IMG/VR virus record: IMGVR_UViG_2841517901_000005
Location: 2,063 to 66,062 of that record
Direction: 5' to 3' (one strand)
From: a virus
Lineage: Duplodnaviria; Caudoviricetes
Length of the DNA stretch: 64,000 nt
Below the pieces are notes generated by a model that did not search any database, was not told the origin of the DNA, and saw only the letters and a program-made list of their open reading frames with translations. Positions 57,019-64,000 of this stretch are shown here, piece by piece. A program made the position numbers and the translations under genes. The first letter of the stretch is position 1; the number at the start of each line of letters is the position of its first letter.

Positions 57019-57213
57019 ATGGCCGCGCATCACCCCGCGGAGCGCTCCCGCGCGCCCGACGATCACGACCGCGCCGACGGCTGCCTCTGCGGCCACGACC
57101 ATGCCCAGCACGAGTCGACGCTGGACCACGACCTGCCGGCGGCCGACGGCGGCGTGGAGGAGCGGCGTAAGCGTCGGCCGCGCGCCACCCGCACCAGCGC
57201 GGGAGAGGCCTGA
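57019..57213 (+). CDS. Small His/Asp/Cys-rich protein before the endolysin
   Basis: GGAG RBS; TGATG coupling to the lysin. Confidence 0.6.
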   Translation: MAAHHPAERSRAPDDHDRADGCLCGHDHAQHESTLDHDLPAADGGVEERRKRRPRATRTSAGEA

Positions 57214-57992
57214 TGCCGAATGCTCTCTGGCTCGCCGACGTGCTCCGCGCCGCCGGCCTCAAGGTGGCCGAGGTCGACGGGTGGAAGACCCGCGGTCACG
57301 CCGCCCTCGGCACCGTCCGGATGGTGATGCTCCATCACACGGCCGGGCCGAAGACGGGCAACATGCCGTCGCTGGCCACAGTCACCAAGGGCCGGCCGGA
57401 TCTCGCCGGCCCGCTCTGCAACGTGGCGCTCGGGCGTGATGGCACCTGCTACGTCGTGGCGGCCGGGCTCGCCTACCACGCCGGCCCGGGCACCTGGCAG
57501 GGCATCACCGCCGGCAACTCCTCGAGCATCGGTGTCGAGGCCGAGAACACCGGCGTCGGCGAGCCCTGGCCCGAGGTACAGCTGGACGCCTACGCCCGGC
57601 TCTGCGCCGCGGTACTCGCCCACATCGGTGCGCAGCCGATCATGGCGGTGGCGCACCGGGAATGGGCGCTGCCGAAAGGCCGGAAGATCGACCCGGCCGG
57701 GATCGACATGACGGCGTTCCGGGCCCGTGTCGCGGGGATCATGAACGGCGCGCCGGTGCGGCCTCTCGTACCGGCGAAGGATGCGACCGGTCGGCCGACG
57801 CTGCGGCGGGGCGCCAAGGGCGATGACGTGAAGGCGCTCCAGACCGCGATCGGCGTGGCGGCAGATGGCGCCTTCGGGGCCATGACCGAGGCAAGCCTGC
57901 GCGCCTACCAGCGAGCGCATGGGCTCGTGGCGGACGGAATCGCCGGGCCTGGCACCTGGGCGGCGATCGACGGCGTGAAGGCCGCGGCCTGA
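57213..57992 (+). CDS. Endolysin: Amidase_2 plus peptidoglycan-binding domain
   Basis: HHTA, YHAG, IGVEAEN, HREW..RKIDP; LRRG..G.DV..LQ..DG.FG..DGIAG..TW. Confidence 0.93.
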   Translation: MPNALWLADVLRAAGLKVAEVDGWKTRGHAALGTVRMVMLHHTAGPKTGNMPSLATVTKGRPDLAGPLCNVALGRDGTCYVVAAGLAYHAGPGTWQGITAGNSSSIGVEAENTGVGEPWPEVQLDAYARLCAAVLAHIGAQPIMAVAHREWALPKGRKIDPAGIDMTAFRARVAGIMNGAPVRPLVPAKDATGRPTLRRGAKGDDVKALQTAIGVAADGAFGAMTEASLRAYQRAHGLVADGIAGPGTWAAIDGVKAAA

Positions 57993-58045
57993 CCTCCTCC
58001 CGGGATCCCCGGGCAATTCGACCCGCGCCGGCCGGGCCAGCCGAG

Positions 58046-58095
58046 CATCCAAGATAGCGGCCAGCGCCATCCAAGGTAGCGCCGCACCATCCAAG
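58046..58095 (+). repeat. Three CATCCAAG direct repeats
   Basis: At 58046, 58068 and 58088, intergenic. Confidence 0.7.
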
Positions 58096-58109
58096 ACAAG
58101 GAACCTCCA

Positions 58110-58670
58110 ATGATCCGCAAGCTCCCGCTCGCGGCACTGGCGCTCGCCTGCGCGCTCTGCCTCTCCACGCCTCTGGCGCTCTCCGCCGGCCCGGCGCTCG
58201 CCCAGGCCGCGGCCACCGTCGCCCAGCCGGCGACCGACACTGCGGTGGTCACGATCCCCTACGGCTCATGGCTCACCTCGGCCGCCGCCGGCATCCAGGA
58301 GATCGTCGTCTCGGTCATCATGGCGGTGATCGCGTTCGCCTGCCGACGCCTGCCGGCCGCCATCGGCGCCGTCGTCCGCGGGCTCCTGACCCAGCAGCTC
58401 GTCGAGCGCGCCATCGCGTTCGGCATGAGCACGGTCGCTGGCGCAGCCGCCGGTAAGACGCTGTCGGTCCCGGTCGGCAACGCGGTGCTGGCGAACGCCC
58501 TCAACTATGCCGTCGAGCACGCCCCGGGCTGGTTCCTGAAGTGGGCCGGCGGTGAGCAGGCGATCCGAGATCACATTATCGCCCTGCTGCCGATGGATCA
58601 GGACGCCTCGCTCGCGCCGGCCACCTCAACCGCGGTGGCGTCGCAGCCGACGCCCGTGGCGCCGGTCTGA
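58110..58670 (+). CDS. Holin-like membrane protein with a signal-like N-terminus
   Basis: Hydrophobic helices; directly after the endolysin. Confidence 0.55.
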   Translation: MIRKLPLAALALACALCLSTPLALSAGPALAQAAATVAQPATDTAVVTIPYGSWLTSAAAGIQEIVVSVIMAVIAFACRRLPAAIGAVVRGLLTQQLVERAIAFGMSTVAGAAAGKTLSVPVGNAVLANALNYAVEHAPGWFLKWAGGEQAIRDHIIALLPMDQDASLAPATSTAVASQPTPVAPV

Positions 58671-58921
58671 TGTTCAGCGCCTCGGCGCTTCTGAGCGCCC
58701 TCCTCAGCCTCCTGGCGCGGACGTTCTCGAACGTCATTGTCCAGGAGATCGATAGCCTCCGGGCTGCCGAGGCGCAGCGCGAGGTGGGGGCGGCGCGACA
58801 GGCCGCCTCTTCCCGCGCCAAGGCCGAGCGCCAGGAGGCCGTAGCCCGGACCGCGGCCGACGCCGCCACCAGGGCCCCCGAGGACCCGAACGACCCCTTC
58901 CTGCGAAAGGACGGCACATGA
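58670..58921 (+). CDS. i-spanin-like protein
   Basis: N-terminal TM, coiled coil, DPFLRKD end. Confidence 0.65.
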   Translation: MFSASALLSALLSLLARTFSNVIVQEIDSLRAAEAQREVGAARQAASSRAKAERQEAVARTAADAATRAPEDPNDPFLRKDGT

Positions 58922-59112
58922 CCTTCACCTGCGCGGCAGCGGGGTTCTTCGTCTTCGCCTGCACCAGCCCCGAGATCCAGGTCGATGCGGCGCGGTTCTG
59001 CCAGACCGCGGCGCCCATCACCTACAGCGCCCGGGACACACCCGAGACCCGCCGGCAGGTCCGGGCGCACAACGCCCGCGGCATCGCCGTATGCGGCTGG
59101 GGCAAGCGGTAG
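58918..59112 (+). CDS. o-spanin-like lipoprotein
   Basis: FVFA|C lipobox-like; FC..A.PI.YS..DT.ET..Q...HNA....CGW. Confidence 0.7.
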   Translation: MTFTCAAAGFFVFACTSPEIQVDAARFCQTAAPITYSARDTPETRRQVRAHNARGIAVCGWGKR

Positions 59113-59115
59113 CAG

Positions 59116-59475
59116 ATGGACCTGATCGCCGTCGCGATGGCCGACACCCCGGTCCCGGGCCTGCCGCCCGGGGTCGAGGAGGCCGCCAAGCGCCTCGCCA
59201 CCGACGGCGGGGTCACCGGCGCGCTCCTGGTCCTGGCGATCGCTGCAATCCTCGGCCTCTGGTGGGAGATGCGCCGGCGCGACAGCCAGGCGAGCACGCG
59301 CCTTGAGGCGGTGCAGCGGGCGGTGGACGCGGCGCCGGCGAAGGCCCTGGAGGCAGCCGGCGGCGAAGCCGGGCTCGCCGAAATCGTCTTCCGGAAGCTC
59401 AACCTCGAGGACGATGCCAACGAGCACAACACCCTGGCGCCGGTGGTGGCGCAGCTGCCGCGCGCAACCAAGTAG
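59116..59475 (+). CDS. Membrane protein
   Basis: One TM (ALLVLAIAAILGLWW). Confidence 0.6.
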   Translation: MDLIAVAMADTPVPGLPPGVEEAAKRLATDGGVTGALLVLAIAAILGLWWEMRRRDSQASTRLEAVQRAVDAAPAKALEAAGGEAGLAEIVFRKLNLEDDANEHNTLAPVVAQLPRATK

Positions 59476-59512
59476 CCCCCGCCGCCAGCCGGCAGCACCA
59501 GGAGGACGCGCC

Positions 59513-60112
59513 ATGCGCTTCGACCGCGGCCGCTGCTGGCTGGCCTACCTCGCCCCCTGGCACGACGGCACGATGCTCCACTACGATCCCGATCCCGTCC
59601 TCAACGAGCGCATCCGGCGTGCTGTCCGCTACGGCCAGACCCGATGGGCCGAGGTCTGGCTGAGCGCCATCATGGTCACGGTCGGTGCCGTGATCCTCTC
59701 GCCGGCGGCAACGTTCGTCGGCCCGCAGTGGCGGGTCATCGCCTCCTTCGTCACAGAGGCGCAGGCCGGCAGCATCTCCATCGTGGTCGGCTCGGCGCGG
59801 CTCGCTGCGCTCATCATCAACGGCCGGCGCGGGCGGGAGACGAGCTTCATCCGCACGATCGGGTGCGTAGGCGGGTTCGCCTTCTGGCTGGCGCTGTTCG
59901 TCGGGTTTGCTCTGGCCTACCCGCCAGCCAACATCGGCATCGCGCTCTTCAGCGTGTTTGCCATCGCAGAGCTCCACTCCTCCGGCCGGGCCGCCTCCGA
60001 CATGGCGGCTGAAGACACGTTCGGGCTGCGGAAGAGGTGGCGTGCCGCGGCCGAGAAGGATGCCGAGGAGAGGAGGCGCACCCTTGGCGGATCCGGTCGC
60101 AACGCTCGATAG
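59513..60112 (+). CDS. Four-TM membrane protein (alternative holin candidate)
   Basis: AGGAGG RBS; four hydrophobic segments. Confidence 0.7.
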   Translation: MRFDRGRCWLAYLAPWHDGTMLHYDPDPVLNERIRRAVRYGQTRWAEVWLSAIMVTVGAVILSPAATFVGPQWRVIASFVTEAQAGSISIVVGSARLAALIINGRRGRETSFIRTIGCVGGFAFWLALFVGFALAYPPANIGIALFSVFAIAELHSSGRAASDMAAEDTFGLRKRWRAAAEKDAEERRRTLGGSGRNAR

Positions 60113-60473
60113 CTGGCCCGCCATCGCCATCGGCATCACGGCGGCCGTGGCCGGAGCCCTCGTTCCCATCAACGCCTTCGTCAAGACGATGCTGGATTAC
60201 CGCCTGGAGGCTATGAAGGCGGAAGCCATGAAGCCCGAGACGGCCCGGGAGATTGCGACCACGACGGGCGGTGCCGTCTTCGACAGCATGGCGATTGGCG
60301 ATCTCACGACCGCGATCAAGGGACTTACGGCAGCCATCGTCGCCGATACCGCGGCCGACCAAGCGCAGCACGCCGATCAAGTCACGGCGGTGCTGGGCCG
60401 CCTGCTGCCAGTCCTCGAGCGGCTGGACGAGCGTGATCCCCCGCCACATCGGCCGTCCCGGTCTCATCGTTGA
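60084..60473 (+). CDS. Membrane-anchored protein
   Basis: GGAGG RBS and TTG start; N-terminal TM. Confidence 0.6.
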   Translation: MADPVATLDSWPAIAIGITAAVAGALVPINAFVKTMLDYRLEAMKAEAMKPETAREIATTTGGAVFDSMAIGDLTTAIKGLTAAIVADTAADQAQHADQVTAVLGRLLPVLERLDERDPPPHRPSRSHR

Positions 60474-60543
60474 TTTGGAACTACCCCACCCCCAGACCGT
60501 TAACCGGCCGCACTTCATGGCCCCTTGAAGTCTTCACCTTCAG

Positions 60544-60574
60544 CCCCGCCGGCAGCCGCCGAGCGGGGTTCTTT
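60544..60574 (+). terminator. Rho-independent terminator ending the late operon
   Basis: CCCCGCCGGC-AGCC-GCCGAGCGGGG-TTCTTT. Confidence 0.7.
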
Positions 60575-60670
60575 CGTGTGATCCGCCTTCATCCATCAGA
60601 TGGATGGACGTCGAATTGCTGGAAGCGCACATTCTAGCTGCGTCGAGAGGCGCAAACTGAAGCATCGATC

Positions 60671-61093
60671 TTACTTCAGCCCGCCAGGGTCACCCTGCTG
60701 CGGGCATTTCTGTGTCTGGCCCCACCCCTCCGGCCACGGCACGTCCTGGCCGATGACGAGGCGCAGCGGCCCGCGCAGCCAGTCGGTCATCGGATCCGGC
60801 CCCTTCTCGTCCCGCCACAGAAGCAGCGGCTGGTCGCGCTCGGCGTGCCAGCGCAGCGCCTCGTCGAGGCCCGCGCGAACGGCCTCGACCGCCTCCGCCT
60901 TGCTCGCGGCGCGCCCCGCCTTGGTCAGCCTCGTCGCCGCCGGGTAGGTCAGCGACCAGACCCACTCGCGCCGCCCAAGGCCGTCGGGATGGGTCTTGTA
61001 GATCCGGCCGAGCTGACCGCCGGCGAGGATCGCGACGAAGTCCGGGCCGCGCTCGGGCCAGGTGTGGCGCCAGATGATCGGGCCGTCACTCAC
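60671..61093 (-). CDS. Hypothetical protein
   Basis: GAGGAG RBS; Trp-rich, 140 aa. Confidence 0.6.
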   Translation of the reverse strand: MSDGPIIWRHTWPERGPDFVAILAGGQLGRIYKTHPDGLGRREWVWSLTYPAATRLTKAGRAASKAEAVEAVRAGLDEALRWHAERDQPLLLWRDEKGPDPMTDWLRGPLRLVIGQDVPWPEGWGQTQKCPQQGDPGGLK

Positions 61094-61287
61094 TCCTCAG
61101 CACCGCCATACATCCCCACGAAGTCCCGAGCCCGCTCGTAGGCCCATCGGATCAGGCCGGCTTCAAGCGGGTCGCTCGGGTCCAGGTCCTCCCAGGCGGG
61201 GCACTGCTGGATGCGGTGACGGGTGAGTTCATGAAGCTCGCGAGCGATGATGTCGATCGGCTCGGGCTCGGCAGGCGGGTGGGTCAC
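61090..61287 (-). CDS. Hypothetical protein
   Basis: IARELHE...WEDL...; coupled to the next gene. Confidence 0.55.
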   Translation of the reverse strand: MTHPPAEPEPIDIIARELHELTRHRIQQCPAWEDLDPSDPLEAGLIRWAYERARDFVGMYGGAEE

Positions 61288-61363
61288 GGCTTGTGTCTCA
61301 TGGACTGAACGCTAGGCCCGTTGTCTCGCATGAGAGGCCGGTTCGCTTAACACAAGCATCCTC

Positions 61364-61600
61364 TCATCCAGCCGCCGCGCCGCCCGCCTCACCCCCACCA
61401 CAGCACCCAAGACGCAAGATAGGACCAGGGCGGAGGTGAGGACGAGGTAGGTGGTGGGGGCCACTGAGGCTCTTGCTGTAGAGGGTACAGCACTCGTGGA
61501 TCGGGTACGGGTCTTTGCTCTTCGCCTGAACGATGAGCGTTCCGTCTTCCTCGTAACTATCCACGAACGCCAGATGCTTGAGGCGCAGCAGGTCTGTCAT
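61364..61600 (-). pseudogene. Possible N-terminal remnant of an ISL3-like transposase
   Basis: MTDLLRL...EEDGTLIVQA...CC, then degenerates. Confidence 0.3.
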
Positions 61601-61782
61601 GCGCCATCCTCGGCAGCCTCTTTGCTCGGCTTCTGCCGCTCGCGACGCTTCAGATCGCGCTCAATGGCCTCGCGGATTACGTCGGCCCGATCTTGCTCAC
61701 CGCGAACAGCCTCGATCCGCTCCCAAGTCTCCTCGGTGAGCCGGAGCAAATAGGGCTTATCGTAGCGCTTCGGGCGGGCCAT
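61597..61782 (-). CDS. Ribbon-helix-helix regulator
   Basis: MARPK..YLLRLTEETWERIE...RADVIREAIER.L. Confidence 0.8.
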   Translation of the reverse strand: MARPKRYDKPYLLRLTEETWERIEAVRGEQDRADVIREAIERDLKRRERQKPSKEAAEDGA

Positions 61783-61796
61783 CCGCCGCTTTGTCG

Positions 61797-61900
61797 GGGA
61801 TATCTGCTCAGGAGTCAAAGGCATATCTGCCACCACGCTTAACGAATATCTGTTATTGACGCGTAACAGATATCTGCTATGGTGGATAGGGGATATCCAC
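61797..61900. promoter_or_regulatory. Divergent promoter with repeated ATATCTG operators
   Basis: Perfect inverted repeat ATATCTGTTA/TAACAGATAT around TTGACG; further ATATCTG copies; TATGGT -10 candidate. Confidence 0.65.
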
Positions 61901-61914
61901 TAAGGAGGCTTCGC

Positions 61915-62139
61915 GTGAAGGACTACAACGATAACGATGTCCGGTTCATCCGTGGCATGATCCCGCACCACGAGATGGCAATTCGAATGGCGAGCACGGA
62001 GATCGTCTACGGATCGAACCCTTGGGCGAAGCAGTTGGCGCTTAGCATCAAGGCCGCCCAGAAGGCAGAGATTGATCAGATGCGCGCGTGGCTCACACAG
62101 CGCGGGCTGTCCGAGTCTGGAGGCGGACATTCGATGTAG
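61915..62139 (+). CDS. DUF305 (ferritin-like, HH motif) single-repeat protein
   Basis: TAAGGAGG RBS; DVRFIRGMIPHHEMAIRMA..IKAAQKAEIDQM..WL. Confidence 0.85.
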   Translation: MKDYNDNDVRFIRGMIPHHEMAIRMASTEIVYGSNPWAKQLALSIKAAQKAEIDQMRAWLTQRGLSESGGGHSM

Positions 62140-62226
62140 TCGTAGTCGCAGAGGAGATTTGATCCGCGCAGCAGCGTTGCTCATCGCTGAAGTGGAGCGG
62201 GTAGGCCGTATAGAGGCGCGCGTTAA

Positions 62227-62517
62227 ATGAAACACAACTTAGAGGGCTATAGCGCTGTTCTCGCGGTCGTTCGCTCCGCTTGGGCGCTCGTCGACAACAC
62301 GGCTTATCACGATTGGCTTCCGCTCACCGTTAGCCGCGATGATTGGAATGACTTGGTGGCCGACCTCAACAGGCTGAAAGCGTTCATCCCGCCTGACGAG
62401 CTACCAGCTGAGCCGCCTCACGCGGTTACCTGTCTGTTGCCTGGGCGGCTATCAACCCCAAACGACGAAGCGGGCTTCAAGCCCGCCCCTCGTCCATCAA
62501 CCTCGAATGACGAATGA
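62227..62517 (+). CDS. Hypothetical protein
   Basis: 96-aa ORF. Confidence 0.5.
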   Translation: MKHNLEGYSAVLAVVRSAWALVDNTAYHDWLPLTVSRDDWNDLVADLNRLKAFIPPDELPAEPPHAVTCLLPGRLSTPNDEAGFKPAPRPSTSNDE

Positions 62518-62567
62518 CCTTCCAGACCACCGCGCCGCGCTGACGGCCGAGCAGCAGAGGAGAGAGC

Positions 62568-62888
62568 ATGTCCAGTGACGAGACCACGATGGAGCAGAAG
62601 CTCCAGGACAAGGGACTGAATGCCCCGCGTCTGACGCCAGCGCTGATCGACGCAACGATCACCGGCGAGGCCTTCCACGTCTTCCCCGGCACCACCCTGA
62701 CCGTCTGCGCCCTCACCCTGCGCAACGGCTTCATCGTCACCGGCACCAGCGCGGCAGCCAGCCCGGAGAACTTCGATGAGGCGATCGGGCGTGAGATCGC
62801 CCGGCGGAACGCCCGCGAACGGATCTGGGAGCTGGAGGGCTACCTGCTGCGCGAACGCCTGCACCAGGGGAGCGCGGCTTCGACGTGA
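62568..62888 (+). CDS. Phage N4 gp49/Sf6 gp66 family (PF13876), Acb4-like nucleotide sponge
   Basis: APRLTP..LTVC.L.L.NGF.VTG.SA.ASPENFD..IG..IA..NA...IW.LEGY.L. Confidence 0.85.
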   Translation: MSSDETTMEQKLQDKGLNAPRLTPALIDATITGEAFHVFPGTTLTVCALTLRNGFIVTGTSAAASPENFDEAIGREIARRNARERIWELEGYLLRERLHQGSAAST

Positions 62889-63098
62889 AAGCGGTTCGCT
62901 CCATCCTGCGGATCCGGAAGAAGGACCACTCCGAGCGCCAGGAGGAAGAGGCGATCCAAAAAAACCAGTTTCCAGGCATGGATCGCTCTCTGGCGCTTGC
63001 GTCGGTATCGCGCCAGCCAACGTCCACTCGGCCGGTGCCCGGCATGCTGTCGAACAGTCGGACCGCGATTTCCTCGACTGCCTCTCGTTCATCCTCAC

Positions 63099-63308
63099 TC
63101 ATTCCCCATCTCCCTCAGCACGGAGAGCAGACCGGCCGGCTTCGGTGATCTGATAGGTGGTGCCGAGGCCCACCTTTCGTCCATCCACATAGCCTTGTGC
63201 CACCAGCCAAACGAGGGGCGGGTAGGTGGCATGGACCGGGCGCCTCTGTTCCGCCAAGTCCTTGAGCAGCGCACGGCGCGGGCCGGTCAACTTCACCAGC
63301 TTTGACAT
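63099..63308 (-). CDS. Small winged-helix-like protein
   Basis: LT..RRALL..L...LV..GYV....YQITEAGR.AL. Confidence 0.65.
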   Translation of the reverse strand: MSKLVKLTGPRRALLKDLAEQRRPVHATYPPLVWLVAQGYVDGRKVGLGTTYQITEAGRSALRAEGDGE

Positions 63309-63327
63309 GTCTCTCTCCTCCCCCGCA

Positions 63328-63546
63328 TCAGGAGCGGGACGGTGTGGTCACGCCCCGCCGAACAGCCTGGGCAATCAGCCACTCGCCGAATGCAAGGGCT
63401 TGGCCCCATTCAAGTCGAGTGGATTGGCTGATTTCGTCCTCGCTGTTCGTCATGGTGACCAAGCACCGCCCGTCCACCGCAATCGCCAAGATATCTTCAT
63501 CGCCTTGAGTGCCGTAGACCGTTACCCGATCGTCCAAATTGTCCAT
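63328..63546 (-). CDS. Hypothetical protein
   Basis: GGAGG RBS. Confidence 0.55.
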   Translation of the reverse strand: MDNLDDRVTVYGTQGDEDILAIAVDGRCLVTMTNSEDEISQSTRLEWGQALAFGEWLIAQAVRRGVTTPSRS

Positions 63547-63557
63547 CCTCCCCTCCC

Positions 63558-63797
63558 TTACTGTCCATCAGCCTGAGAGATAGCGGCGCGGATCTGGATC
63601 CAGATCTCGCACATCTCCGTGCCTAGTTCCCGCCTAGCATCGGCATGGCTGGGATCTGTCCAGGCCAGCGTCATCGAGGCGTCTGCCGCCTTCAGAACGG
63701 AGAGCATGGTGGCGTTGTCCGCCGCGATCTCGGCGGCCAGATCCTCAACCTGTCGGCGCTTGTCCCCGTGCAGACGGTTGATCTGCCGGCCGCTCAT
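63558..63797 (-). CDS. Hypothetical protein
   Basis: Ends IRAAISQA, a common phage accessory ending. Confidence 0.55.
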   Translation of the reverse strand: MSGRQINRLHGDKRRQVEDLAAEIAADNATMLSVLKAADASMTLAWTDPSHADARRELGTEMCEIWIQIRAAISQADGQ

Positions 63798-64000
63798 ATC
63801 GGGCAAGCGACCTGAACCGCCTCATCAAGGTCGCTGATGCCGGCGGCGAACACTCGCACCCGGTGGGCGACACGCTCAAGGTGGCAGATGTAGGTGTCCC
63901 CGACTTTGTCGAACTGCCCGAGGTGGGCGTGGCGAGCGAATGCCTCCGCGTCTCTGGCGGTACGGACGAGCGGCGGCAGGACGAGCTTGCGGTCTGGCAT
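63794..64000 (-). pseudogene. Truncated HD-domain (SpoT/Mesh1-like hydrolase) N-terminus
   Basis: AEAFARHAH.GQ.DK.G..YI.HL.RVA..., stops before the expected LHD motif. Confidence 0.6.

Noticed and set aside
62885-63148. 87-aa plus-strand ORF
   Set aside because: Ser-rich and motif-less, overlapping a better minus-strand gene

Overview
The window is almost entirely one temperate, contractile-tailed (myovirus-type) phage or prophage from a high-GC alphaproteobacterium. The host class is inferred from an alphaproteobacterial GTTC-N7-GTTC LexA box and a MucR/Ros gene; a Methylobacterium-like host is only a guess. Layout: leftward early/accessory/recombination genes (1-11.2 kb); cI/cro-type switch (11.25-12.3 kb); rightward early and replication genes (LexA-like HTH, SNF2 helicase, DNA methylase, initiator with iterons, MucR, NusG paralogue; to 20.6 kb); terminase, DUF1073 portal, MuF, DUF2213 protease/scaffold and DUF2184-type capsid; neck, sheath, tube, frameshifting chaperone, tape measure, baseplate, fibres and two beta-helix spikes (to 57 kb); lysis cassette (57-60.6 kb); and a mosaic right arm with a PF13876/Acb4-like gene and gene remnants. 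I saw no integrase, att site, tRNA, rRNA, CRISPR array or reverse transcriptase. Most unusual: (1) late-operon proteins with Sec signal peptides and even numbers of Cys (a three-gene cassette with a 70-triplet collagen between portal and MuF, plus a tailspike), suggesting exported, periplasm-matured virion or cell-surface appendages; (2) an HTH-only CI facing a small LexA-box-controlled gene, a candidate SOS antirepressor; (3) sensor-less or altered copies of host regulators (NrdR, LexA, MucR, NusG). All family calls come from recognising motifs by eye, not from database searches.
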